Source: an uncultured delta proteobacterium (GTDB lineage Bacteria > Desulfobacterota > Syntrophia > Syntrophales > UBA2185). Taken from it: 64,000 bases of DNA. Under the pieces are notes generated by a model. It worked only from the letters and a program-made list of their open reading frames with translations. It was not told where the DNA came from and did not search any database. The translations under genes were made by a program, and so were the position numbers. Shown here one piece after another: positions 1 through 9,163 of this stretch (position 1 is the stretch's first letter; every line of letters begins with the position of its first letter). Location of the stretch: positions 288,001 to 352,000 of the forward strand of contig CAVSPA010000006.1 of NCBI GenBank assembly GCA_963729715.1. Reading direction: 5' to 3'.

Positions 1-61
1 GATTCGGTTCTGCATATAATTCTCGGCATATTCGTAATGCAGAAGAGATAAAGAATTCCTT

Positions 62-301
62 CTACGGGAGTTTCTTTATTAAGTCTGGAAATTCGCCATC
101 AATAATCAGCTTACCGAATTCCAGGCAGCCTATAATTGCCTCTTCCCAGGTCTTGTAGGTTGGAGATTCACGAAAAACCTTGCTCGACACGCGTGATCCG
201 CTGTGCCTGTGTATTTCCACAAAGGTGCTCCATTGGCCTGTCTCCAATAATTCCGGATCAGCCTCAATTACAAATCCCTTGTATTGCACTTCTTCGGACA
301 T
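62..301 (-). CDS. Small hypothetical protein (79 aa)
   Basis: ORF 17 bp downstream of the acyl-CoA dehydrogenase gene, with SD-like AAGGA; natural-looking globular composition (YKGFVIEA...EEAIIGCLEFGKLIIDG). Confidence 0.65.
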   Translation of the reverse strand: MSEEVQYKGFVIEADPELLETGQWSTFVEIHRHSGSRVSSKVFRESPTYKTWEEAIIGCLEFGKLIIDGEFPDLIKKLP

Positions 302-318
302 TAATCCATCCTTAGTGA

Positions 319-1458
319 TCAGCGCAGAACATGTCCGGAGATCACCATCCGCTGGGCTTCCGATGTGCCTTCATAGACTTCGGCGATCTTGGCGTCGCGC
401 ATCAGTCTCTCCACCTTTGTGCCTTCGATATAGCCATACCCGCCGTGTATCTGGACCGCCTTGATAGTATGCTTCATGGCGGCTTCTGTTGCGAAAAGCT
501 TTGCCATGGACGCCTCCTTGCCGAAGGCCAGATTGTTGTCCTTCAGCCACGCTGCGTGATAGGCTAAGAGACGGGCGGCGGAAAGATCAGTCGCCATATC
601 TGCTATCATCCAGGCGATGGCCTGTTGACGGGCGATGGGCTTTCCGAACTGGACTCTCTCCTTGGAGTACTTAATCGATTCATCGAGGGCTGCCTGGAGG
701 ACACCGATGGCCTGGGCGGCAATCCCAATCCGACCATGGTCGAATCCGTTCATGGCCAGGGCAAGACCTGCACCTTCCTGTCCGAGGAGATTCTCCCTGG
801 GAACACGGCATTCATTGAAAACCACTTCCGACGTCTGCGAGGCGCGGAGCCCCATCTTCTCGAAATGCTTTCCCGGCTTCAGCCCGGTGGTTCCTTTGGG
901 GACGATGAAGGCGCTCATACCCTTTTTCCCTGCAGATTTATCCGTCCAGCAAAAGACAATGTATGTATCAGCGAGAGGGCCGTTGGAAACGAAGGTCTTC
1001 GTGCCGTTGATGACGTAGTTGTTCCCATCGCGAACAGCCGCATTAGTAATTGACATGACATCGGTGCCTGCTCCCGGCTCGGTCAAAGTAAAAGCTCCGA
1101 GGTGCCTTCCCTGAGCCAGGGGAATCAGGTATTTTTTCTTCTGATCTTCGTTTCCGAAAAGATTTATTATCGTGCCGATTATGCCGGCGTGAAATGAAAG
1201 GGTGAATCCCGTGGATGTACAGGCTCGGGAAATCTCTTCCACGACAATGGCGTGTGTTAGAAAATCGGCGCCGGCGCCACCATATTGTTCAGGGATGGGT
1301 ATGCCCATCCAGCCTCCCTCAGCAAGCTTCTTAAATAGCTCCGCCGGATGGCGACCGTTCTGATCGATCTCAGCGGCTATCGGGTCTACATGCTTCGCGG
1401 CAAATTCGCGCGCATTCTTACGGATGAGTTCCTGCTCTTCGGTAAATGCAAATTCCAT
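319..1458 (-). CDS. Acyl-CoA dehydrogenase (short-chain/butyryl-CoA type)
   Basis: FTLTEPGAGTD, INGTKTFVSN, KMGLRAS, ERVQFGKPI, AVQIHGGYGY, EVYEGTSE motifs. Confidence 0.95.
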   Translation of the reverse strand: MEFAFTEEQELIRKNAREFAAKHVDPIAAEIDQNGRHPAELFKKLAEGGWMGIPIPEQYGGAGADFLTHAIVVEEISRACTSTGFTLSFHAGIIGTIINLFGNEDQKKKYLIPLAQGRHLGAFTLTEPGAGTDVMSITNAAVRDGNNYVINGTKTFVSNGPLADTYIVFCWTDKSAGKKGMSAFIVPKGTTGLKPGKHFEKMGLRASQTSEVVFNECRVPRENLLGQEGAGLALAMNGFDHGRIGIAAQAIGVLQAALDESIKYSKERVQFGKPIARQQAIAWMIADMATDLSAARLLAYHAAWLKDNNLAFGKEASMAKLFATEAAMKHTIKAVQIHGGYGYIEGTKVERLMRDAKIAEVYEGTSEAQRMVISGHVLR

Positions 1459-1501
1459 AATCCATTCCTCGTCTCAATTCTTCAGGGTCAATTATGCTCA
1501 C

Positions 1502-2311
1502 TTATGATTTGCCCATTCCCGAGTTATTACGGGATGCAGCGATAATATCCTTCATCTTCACTTCCGGGTGATGGTATCGCTCGTAACGGGTGGTTTTCTT
1601 CCCATATTGGATCGCTTCTTCCGGGCACCATTGGATGCAGGCAAGGCATTGTTCACATTTATGCAGCCATACGGGTTTTCCTGCTTTCATATCTATATTC
1701 CCGCACGGGCAGATTTTACTGCAGATATTGCAGGAGTTACATTTATCATCGACCCAAAAATTCTTATCCAGCGTCGGCACATGTGAAAAAGAAAGTGAGT
1801 AAAACCAGGAGAACAGAATATTCTGCCATATAGGACCTTTTTCAACAGGACCTTTCCGTCTTCCGGCAATAATTGAAGATATTCTTTTAATCTTTTCCTT
1901 CGCTCCGTTTATCCTCTGCATGCGTTTGTCTTCCGGTCCAGGTCCGCCCCATGGTATATAGTTTGACGGCATGACAATATCGAATCCGGAAGAAAGATAC
2001 AATCCCCTGGATCTCATCAGCCTGTCCAACTGCAGAAGCGTGGCTGCTACCTGGCCGGCATTCACAGCAAGGGCAAAGTAGTATCTGGATGCATCAATGG
2101 CTAATGACTTGACGAAATTGATAACCGGCTGCGGCAAGCCCCATATATGGACAGGGAAGACGATGCCGGCGGCGTCAGCCTCTATTTTAACAGGATTGCC
2201 GATGTCACGCGGGATGGGGAATATCTCGGCGTTGCCGAGTTCATCAGCCATGACACGCGCTGCCCAAAGGGAATTGCCGGTTCCGGTATAGAAGAAGAGA
2301 TGGGTTTTCAT
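1502..2311 (-). CDS. EFR1-family ferredoxin (flavodoxin-like domain + 2x[4Fe-4S])
   Basis: N-terminal YTGTGNS flavodoxin loop; CNSCNICSKICP and CEQCLACIQWCP; RYHHP tail. Confidence 0.9.
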   Translation of the reverse strand: MKTHLFFYTGTGNSLWAARVMADELGNAEIFPIPRDIGNPVKIEADAAGIVFPVHIWGLPQPVINFVKSLAIDASRYYFALAVNAGQVAATLLQLDRLMRSRGLYLSSGFDIVMPSNYIPWGGPGPEDKRMQRINGAKEKIKRISSIIAGRRKGPVEKGPIWQNILFSWFYSLSFSHVPTLDKNFWVDDKCNSCNICSKICPCGNIDMKAGKPVWLHKCEQCLACIQWCPEEAIQYGKKTTRYERYHHPEVKMKDIIAASRNNSGMGKS

Positions 2312-2783
2312 ATGGCGGCTACTCGCTTATCAATTTTTTATAATATTAGATGTCACGCACGTCGCGCCGGTTCATATTCTTGAGGTTACAGCAATTATCA
2401 ATTTTCTCATAGGAAAGGCATGAAGCTTTCACTGCAATTTGTATATTAACGCATGGGGCTTTCTTATCAAGATTTTCACCAGAAATCCACCACGGGAATT
2501 AAAGACAAATTGAGTCTTTGAGGAAGAAGTGAATTCCGCGGAGAGGCGGGAGTAACACCGCGTTCCTTCGAAATGACGGGGGAGGGGACAATTCGAAATG
2601 ACAGGGAAAGGACTGTATACTCAATATATCCAAACGCGTTATAAGGCACAATTTGCCGGGTAGAGACCATGAAAGGCAATATTTGTTTCCTGCGGCTTTG
2701 GGATATAGAAATCGTATTCAAGAATACTAATAGATACTACAGCAAATCAGAGGGTTATGTGCGGTGCCGGCGGGAACATAATA

Positions 2784-2799
2784 TGGCATATGCCTTGCA
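2784..2799 (+). promoter_or_regulatory. Putative sigma54 (-24/-12) promoter for motB-motA
   Basis: TGGCATA-TGCC-TTGCA, exact GG-N10-GC spacing, about 85 bp upstream of the motB-like ORF. Confidence 0.65.
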
Positions 2800-2883
2800 A
2801 ACAAGGGAAGTGAAGAAATTGGAAAAGTCATAACGCATGGAGCGCAATGCTTCAGTCACTAAAGTATAGTTGTTTTTGCAAGA

Positions 2884-3738
2884 GTGTCTATGAAAAACGA
2901 TAAAGATCACGAAATAGAAAAAAGGGGAGAAAATGTTTCTTGTCCGGTGCCTGGAGCTTCACGTGATGGAGAAATAGAAAGGGATGTATCTTACAAACCG
3001 CATAAAGAAGCCATAATTGTTGACATCGAAAAAGTGATTGGACCGAGAAAATCATATATTCCGGTAAAGAAACCTTTCTCAGATCGCCTCGACAAAAGAA
3101 TATTCGAGACCGATGACGAAATCACGCCGCCACATTGGGCCGTTCCATGGTCCGACATCATGATGGTTGTCTTCGTGATGTTCGCCGTCTTATTTATCTA
3201 TTCACTGTCAAAACGTGATATCGCCGATGCGTTCAAGATACCGAATGCGACGAAGATGGAAGCTCCGAGGCAAGAGGTCAGACAGGAAATGACTCCCGAA
3301 CAACTCAATCAGATGAGCCGCCGCTTGAGACAAGATACAAGACCTGACCAGATATCGGTCGCCGTTGATAAAGAACAGTCGATAAAAGTGAGCGCCAGCG
3401 ATTCCCTTTTTTTTGATCTAGGAAAGGCGGACATAAAACCAGAGGCCATTGAGTTCCTGAGAAACTTTGCCGAGGTCGTCAAAAAAACAAAAACTAATAT
3501 CCGCATCGAGGGACATACCGACTCCTTCCCGATCCATTCCCCGGCGTTTCCCACGAACTGGGAGCTTTCGGCAATAAGGGCGGTAAAGATTGCCAGATTT
3601 CTCATTGAAGAAAACGGCATAGAGCCGGAGAGATTTACGGTAGCCGGTCACTCCTTGTATAAACCGGCAGCCCCCAACACCACCCCTGAAAATAAGGCAA
3701 TAAACAGAAGGGTCGAAATCTTTATCAGCAAGGAATAA
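2884..3738 (+). CDS. motB: MotB/OmpA-family stator subunit
   Basis: TM helix WAVPWSDIMM with conserved Asp; OmpA-like domain EGHTD...NWELSAIRA...NRRVEI; start uncertain. Confidence 0.85.
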   Translation: MSMKNDKDHEIEKRGENVSCPVPGASRDGEIERDVSYKPHKEAIIVDIEKVIGPRKSYIPVKKPFSDRLDKRIFETDDEITPPHWAVPWSDIMMVVFVMFAVLFIYSLSKRDIADAFKIPNATKMEAPRQEVRQEMTPEQLNQMSRRLRQDTRPDQISVAVDKEQSIKVSASDSLFFDLGKADIKPEAIEFLRNFAEVVKKTKTNIRIEGHTDSFPIHSPAFPTNWELSAIRAVKIARFLIEENGIEPERFTVAGHSLYKPAAPNTTPENKAINRRVEIFISKE

Positions 3739-3767
3739 TTAAAGCAGATAAAACGGGAGATAATTTT

Positions 3768-4610
3768 ATGTTAAGACAAAATTTAATTTTCGGTGGGATT
3801 TGTACCATGATATTTATCGGCTGTTTTTTCTTCGGAGAAGGGGGGACAGTCGTATATTTCAACATTGTAAGTTTTCTGGTTGTTTCATCCGGGACAATCG
3901 GCGCCGCTTTCCTAAGTTTTCCCTTTGAAAGAATAAAGAATGCATACAGAGTTGCCCTCAATTCATACAAGAAGGACGCTATAAGTTCACCGGATCATAT
4001 CGTAAATATCCTTCTCGATATCTCCGTCAGGTCGAGATCCAACGGCATCTTGTCTCTCGAGAAATTAGAAAAGACGACACAGATTATATTCTTAAAGAAT
4101 GGCCTTGGTCTGCTGGTTGACGGCTACAGGGAAGATGAAATACGCAGCATCCTGCACAATGAGATTTACTATTTCAAACTCAGACGGCAGCATTCTGAAA
4201 GGGTGTTCAGGACCATGGCCCTGTTGGCTCCGGGATTTGGTGTGGCGGGCAGCATCATCGGTCTTATCGGGATGCTTTATGGTGTGGGCGACACAGGAGT
4301 AATTCTGAAGACGATCCCTGTCGCCTTGACATCGACCCTTTACGGGATAGTTTTCAGCTATTATATTTTAGTCCCCATTGCGGAAAACATCTATTCAAAA
4401 ACGCAGCAGGAACTATACTTGCAGAGCATTATTACGGACGGCATAATAGAAATCGGCCAGGAGCAAAATCTTTACAAACTGGAAAAAAGACTCTCATCTT
4501 TTCTTACGCCATCTGCGAGGGCGGGCAAGGAGGAAAGTCTGCAGGAACTCCGCAAAAGATACATGCTCATGAAGACGGAACAGAAGGAGAGGTGTACTGC
4601 AGCGGCATAA
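3768..4610 (+). CDS. motA: MotA/PomA-family stator subunit
   Basis: RSNGILSLE, APGFGVAGSIIGLI, ALTSTLYG motifs; multiple TM helices. Confidence 0.85.
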   Translation: MLRQNLIFGGICTMIFIGCFFFGEGGTVVYFNIVSFLVVSSGTIGAAFLSFPFERIKNAYRVALNSYKKDAISSPDHIVNILLDISVRSRSNGILSLEKLEKTTQIIFLKNGLGLLVDGYREDEIRSILHNEIYYFKLRRQHSERVFRTMALLAPGFGVAGSIIGLIGMLYGVGDTGVILKTIPVALTSTLYGIVFSYYILVPIAENIYSKTQQELYLQSIITDGIIEIGQEQNLYKLEKRLSSFLTPSARAGKEESLQELRKRYMLMKTEQKERCTAAA

Positions 4611-4662
4611 GCTAATATATGATACATCCTTCAATTCATGAGAAGCTGATCTTGAGAAGTAA

Positions 4663-6603
4663 TCACTTAGAGGTCGTAAATGTTTTATCAGCGCCGTAAA
4701 CGGTGCCTGCCGAAGTTTGTGACGCAATCCGGTAATGATAAGTTGTCCCGGGCGTCAACCCGGTAATATTCCGGGAGACGGCAAGCGTCCCGGAAACAGA
4801 CGCTTCCTGCATGCCGCTGGTCTGCTGACCGTAATTTGTTATCTTGCCATAGTCAAACCACCAGGTCATGGACAATCCGTTGGGTGTGATCGTTCCAGTG
4901 AGCGCGGCCGCGCTTGAGGTTATACTCGCTGCAGTGCCGGTAGCGACTTCCTGCAGAACGGCGGATGTCGTAAAGGTCTTGTCTTCCCCGTCAACATTGC
5001 CTTTGATGTTATTCGCCGAGATCTTGTAATAGTACATGGTATTGGAAGTCAATTCCGTAATATCGTCGGAGACGGCGATACTGTTCGTCCCCTGAATGCC
5101 TGTATGCCCGGGCGTATGGGTCGTATATGACTTGGATTTCCCATACCAGAACCAGTACGAAGTCGGTACCCCGTTGGGATTGACGGTGCCCGTCAGGGTA
5201 GCGGATGTCTTCGTCACATTCTTTGCTTCAGCCGTTGCCGCGGTTGCGAGAGAAAGAGGGGCGGTCTTGAATGTCTTTTCCTCACCTGTTGCTGTTCCGC
5301 CGCCGTTCTTAGCTACGATCTTATAAGTATATGTTGTATCGGCATCTAGTCCCCAGATATTAGCGGTAACATTCCAGTCATTCTCAACACTGGCGCCGGT
5401 ATCGTCTGTCTTTTTCGAATCCGCATTGGATTTCCGATCCATATTGAATTTCTGATACTCGAAGTGCCACAAGGCCTGGTCGTTATGCGGATTGATTATA
5501 CCATTCAGGGTAGCAGTGCTGATGGTCACGCTCGTCGCACTCCCGGTTACAGCGCTTGGTGGCTGGAGTTTCTGAGTCGTAAACGTTTGATCCATGCCGT
5601 AGCTTGCTCCCAGCGTATTGCTGGCCACAATCCGGAAATGGTACGTCTTGCCCGGATCAAAGTAGTTGGGCAATGGCAGTGAAACTTTAACCAAGTCTAT
5701 TCCCTTTCCGGCATATGCCTGGGATTTTTTTATCCCGTAACCGGTTGTTTCTCCGTATTCGAAATAATACATTGTATCGAGGCCGGCTGGTGTAACCCAC
5801 CCGTTAAGCGTCGCGTCACGTGTCCCGATATCCGATGCCGCAAGCGTTACCACAATCGGCTTGGAAGTGGTGAGGAATTGCCGGGATTCTCCGTCAGATG
5901 TTTGTGCGCCTGAGTAATCATTCCTCGCGCGCAACCGATAATAATATCTCGTCCCAGGCGTCAAGCCCGTGACTTTCACCGAGAAATCGACAGCATTATT
6001 GACAGAACCTTCATACTGTCCTGCCGTAAGGGGTGCTGGACAATTTAAGATGCAATCGGCCATCCCATAGTCGAAGCTGGCATAGGTCTTATTTCCGTTG
6101 GGGTTTATTGTGCCGTGGAGCACTGCGGAGGTCGAACTCACATCGGTTACGGCCCCTGTCGTCACTGTGGGGGGATAATGGGTTGAGAACATCCTGTCTT
6201 CTCCCATACTCAATTCCCATTTGTTGTCAAACTTACTAAAGTATTTGACTACGAGGCGAAAATGATAAATCTGCTGGGGGGTCAGATTCGTGACCTGCCC
6301 ACTGACATTGCAAAGTTCCCCGGAAGGAACGTAGGTACAGATTCCATATTGTTGTGACTGGGCTCCATAACTCGGACTCGGACCGTACTCGAAGTAACTC
6401 GAATCTACTTGGAGGTTGTTGGGCCAGTAATCTCCATACAATGTGGCTGACGTGGGCGTTTCATTCGACGACCCGTTGGTTTGTACAAAGGGAGACGCGG
6501 GAACAACTGGCGATCCCTCCCCGGTTCCGAAAGGGCTTAACAGCAGAATGCTTCCTAAAATCATCCCAATAATGGCTTTGTGCTTCCTTTGCATTTCTGT
6601 CAT
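4663..6603 (-). CDS. Secreted/surface protein with about 6 fibronectin-III-like repeats
   Basis: Signal-like N-terminus; repeated unit TSATLxGx(I/V)NPNG...(F/W)xYG...GLTPGTxYxYR...G-x-x-x-(T/Q)FTT. Confidence 0.8.
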   Translation of the reverse strand: MTEMQRKHKAIIGMILGSILLLSPFGTGEGSPVVPASPFVQTNGSSNETPTSATLYGDYWPNNLQVDSSYFEYGPSPSYGAQSQQYGICTYVPSGELCNVSGQVTNLTPQQIYHFRLVVKYFSKFDNKWELSMGEDRMFSTHYPPTVTTGAVTDVSSTSAVLHGTINPNGNKTYASFDYGMADCILNCPAPLTAGQYEGSVNNAVDFSVKVTGLTPGTRYYYRLRARNDYSGAQTSDGESRQFLTTSKPIVVTLAASDIGTRDATLNGWVTPAGLDTMYYFEYGETTGYGIKKSQAYAGKGIDLVKVSLPLPNYFDPGKTYHFRIVASNTLGASYGMDQTFTTQKLQPPSAVTGSATSVTISTATLNGIINPHNDQALWHFEYQKFNMDRKSNADSKKTDDTGASVENDWNVTANIWGLDADTTYTYKIVAKNGGGTATGEEKTFKTAPLSLATAATAEAKNVTKTSATLTGTVNPNGVPTSYWFWYGKSKSYTTHTPGHTGIQGTNSIAVSDDITELTSNTMYYYKISANNIKGNVDGEDKTFTTSAVLQEVATGTAASITSSAAALTGTITPNGLSMTWWFDYGKITNYGQQTSGMQEASVSGTLAVSRNITGLTPGTTYHYRIASQTSAGTVYGADKTFTTSK

Positions 6604-6979
6604 CGTGCCTTCCCTCCTTAAGAAAGGTTTTCATCAGCGGGCTTCGGTAGGAACTATCTTATTATTGTGCGAAGTATAGGGGAGAGGGTTCTCGTATGTC
6701 AAGGCAATTTGACTGCAAAATATGGCGGTGCTTGTCAGAACCAAGCAGACGTCTGATGGATTTTATTCGTGGAGTCCGTAATCAGGGCTTCCGTGTTTCT
6801 TGCAGCCGCAGCAGACCACACCGGAGGTATTTTCCTAGGCAAAGCACCAAGGATAAAGATAAGCCCCGATTCAGGATAATTCTGATTGTCCAGGATTAGG
6901 ACTAATGCTATAAATTGTATCATTCTTTCCGCGGGAAGAAATCGTTTATTTCTCTATTTATATTTAGGCGATGACCTAA

Positions 6980-7564
6980 ATGATTCCTTTGTTGGCAGTC
7001 TTGTTCATATTGGTCGTACTTTTCCTTTTCGTGCCCTTTCATCTTAAGCTGAATGGCCGCTATGAAGAGGGGTTTGCCGGCTCTTTCGCCATCTCATGGC
7101 TATGGGAACTCGCGGGACTCGACTACAGCAAAGAAGAGATAAGGATTCTCGTAGCCGGACGAACTATCTTCCGGAAGATAAGAAAAGAAAAGTTACGAGA
7201 AAAGGGCCGCAAGGAACCGCCTAAGAAGGTGCGAAAGAGAAAGTCAAAGAGCTGGATACTCATCCACTTTCCTTTTGTATTCGCAACGGCAAGAGAATTC
7301 TTTGGGTCTCTTTGCCCTGAGGGGCGCATCAAAGGCACAGTAGGACTTGGTGATCCGGCCGAGACCGGAATGTTCATGGGGATAGTAGCATGCTGTCTCT
7401 CTTGTCTGCCCCTGCCATTTCTCACGATCGTGCCGGAATTCGAAAAGAAGGAATTCAACGTGGAAGGCTGGCTTACTGTACGCATCTTGCTGGCGGGCAT
7501 TTTTGCACTCTGTGTGAAGTTTGTATTATCCCGCGAGGGTCGCGAAATCATCCAAGAACTCTAA
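6980..7564 (+). CDS. DUF2953/YtfI-like membrane protein
   Basis: N-terminal TM helix; VGLGDPAETG motif; directly upstream of a GerW/YtfJ-like gene. Confidence 0.7.
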   Translation: MIPLLAVLFILVVLFLFVPFHLKLNGRYEEGFAGSFAISWLWELAGLDYSKEEIRILVAGRTIFRKIRKEKLREKGRKEPPKKVRKRKSKSWILIHFPFVFATAREFFGSLCPEGRIKGTVGLGDPAETGMFMGIVACCLSCLPLPFLTIVPEFEKKEFNVEGWLTVRILLAGIFALCVKFVLSREGREIIQEL

Positions 7565-7578
7565 GAAAGGAGAAGATT

Positions 7579-7983
7579 ATGGAACATGTAAAAATGTTGA
7601 TTGAAACCTTGTTTTCAAAACTCGACGGACTTGCGAGTACGAAAACAATTGTGGGTGAACCCATGGACATCAAAGGGAGGACGATTGTCCCGGTCATTGA
7701 AATTTGCATAGGTGCAGGCGGCGGCGGCTTCATGGGCGAAGGAGAAGGCGCAGGCACCGATGAAAAAGGGAGAAAAGGCCAGGGCAAAGGGCAAGGGAAG
7801 GGCGGAGGTACTTGCGGCGGCATGCGTATCGCCCCTGTAGCCCTTGTTAGTGTTGATGAACAGGGGAACATCTGTGTTTACAACGTCAATGAAAAGAAAG
7901 GCTTCTTCGGGAGGGTGTCAGAGCTGATGCCCCAGATGGTCGACAAAATCATTGACGCAAGATCCGGGAAACCAAAGGAATAG
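7579..7983 (+). CDS. GerW/YtfJ-family protein
   Basis: TKTIVGEP...TIVPV...GAGGGG...GGGxxGG.RIAPVA; ATG at 7579 after AAGGAG (ORF-track start 7390 is too far upstream). Confidence 0.85.
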   Translation: MEHVKMLIETLFSKLDGLASTKTIVGEPMDIKGRTIVPVIEICIGAGGGGFMGEGEGAGTDEKGRKGQGKGQGKGGGTCGGMRIAPVALVSVDEQGNICVYNVNEKKGFFGRVSELMPQMVDKIIDARSGKPKE

Positions 7984-8274
7984 AGAGGCGTCGTCTTGAG
8001 GTCTCCAAATTAGGGCCGGGATTTATTTTATGTAAATTTGGAACGTCGGCCAATTGTATCAGGACTGCCCCTTTGGAAGGACGATTTGGTACATCGGCTG
8101 ATGCAGGCGAATCGATGGGAAGAAGTATAATCAGAAATGCGGGGATGTTGTTTGTCACTGTTCTCATCTAAGGCTCCTGCGGTTCGAGATCTGCCTTGAG
8201 GCCATTGCACACGCCCCTCCTGCCGCGGAGAGGCTTTGGGTGTCTCATCCCATTTTTATTTCTCTTCCTCCGCA

Positions 8275-9129
8275 CTACACGATGGCATTCATAATATGGC
8301 CGAAACCGCGTACAGTGAGATTATCAGTACGATCTGCGAAATATCGCGCGTTTATCTCATCCGGCCCCAGGTCTACAGCCTCCACAAAGCCGAATGCCTT
8401 CAGTTCGGCTGTGAGCGTCGAAGGGTCAAAGGATGTTCGCCAGGGCTCGCCCGCTTTAGCGACCCGCTTTGAGAGATCATCGAATGCCGACCGCTGCCGG
8501 GAATCCAGCAACGAAGGTGAAATAACGTAATCGAAGACGACACCGCTCCCCGTCTTCAGGGTGGCAATAAATTTAAGAGTTTCGGCGATGGTCTCTCCCG
8601 TCAGGTAAGGAGTTACTCCCAACCATGAGAAAAATGTTGGTTCACCGTGATCAATATCCGCTTGCCTGAGACCATCTTCCATAGTCTGTGTTTCGAAATC
8701 CACCGGGACAAAGGTGAGCGAAGCGGGTACAGAGATACCGGCCGCCTCGAGTTGCGCACGCTTCCAGCTCTGCGTAGTCGGGTGATCAACCTCGAAAACA
8801 TGCAGTCGGGCTTGTTTGTAAGGATTTCTATAAGCGAACGTATCAAGGCCCGCACCGAGGATCACGTATTGGCGAAGCCCCCTCCGGACGGCTTCACCGA
8901 GTGCGTCTTCAGCATATCGGGAGCGTGCTGCAATGAAGGCTCTGAGTATGTCCGAGCCTTGAGCGTCAGCGAACCGTTGCGGGGCAGCCTGCAGCGCCGC
9001 CGACCTTTCTGCGCCGATGATACGCATCGCCAGGGGATCATCAAAAACACGGGGTTCATCAAGTATCTGATGTGTAGAGCGCATCATTGCGGCTCTTTGC
9101 GCGGTAATACTGGGACGGCTTTCTATCAT
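8275..9129 (-). CDS. Class I SAM-dependent methyltransferase (LCM/TIGR00027-like)
   Basis: QYVILGAGLDTFAYR, VFEVDHP, SWLGVTPYL. Confidence 0.9.
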   Translation of the reverse strand: MIESRPSITAQRAAMMRSTHQILDEPRVFDDPLAMRIIGAERSAALQAAPQRFADAQGSDILRAFIAARSRYAEDALGEAVRRGLRQYVILGAGLDTFAYRNPYKQARLHVFEVDHPTTQSWKRAQLEAAGISVPASLTFVPVDFETQTMEDGLRQADIDHGEPTFFSWLGVTPYLTGETIAETLKFIATLKTGSGVVFDYVISPSLLDSRQRSAFDDLSKRVAKAGEPWRTSFDPSTLTAELKAFGFVEAVDLGPDEINARYFADRTDNLTVRGFGHIMNAIV

Positions 9130-9163
9130 GACAGCCCCTATTATTCTGTTTCTTCCTTGTTTC

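Noticed and set aside
2567..2602. Direct repeat TTCGAAATGAC x2
   Set aside because: Only two short copies; not a CRISPR array and insufficient to call an element
2884..4610. Zorya anti-phage system
   Set aside because: MotA lacks the long ZorA tail, gene order is reversed and no zorC/D/E are present
7949..8167. 72-aa minus-strand ORF with a hydrophobic start
   Set aside because: No recognisable domain and it overlaps the GerW-like gene end; at best a remnant
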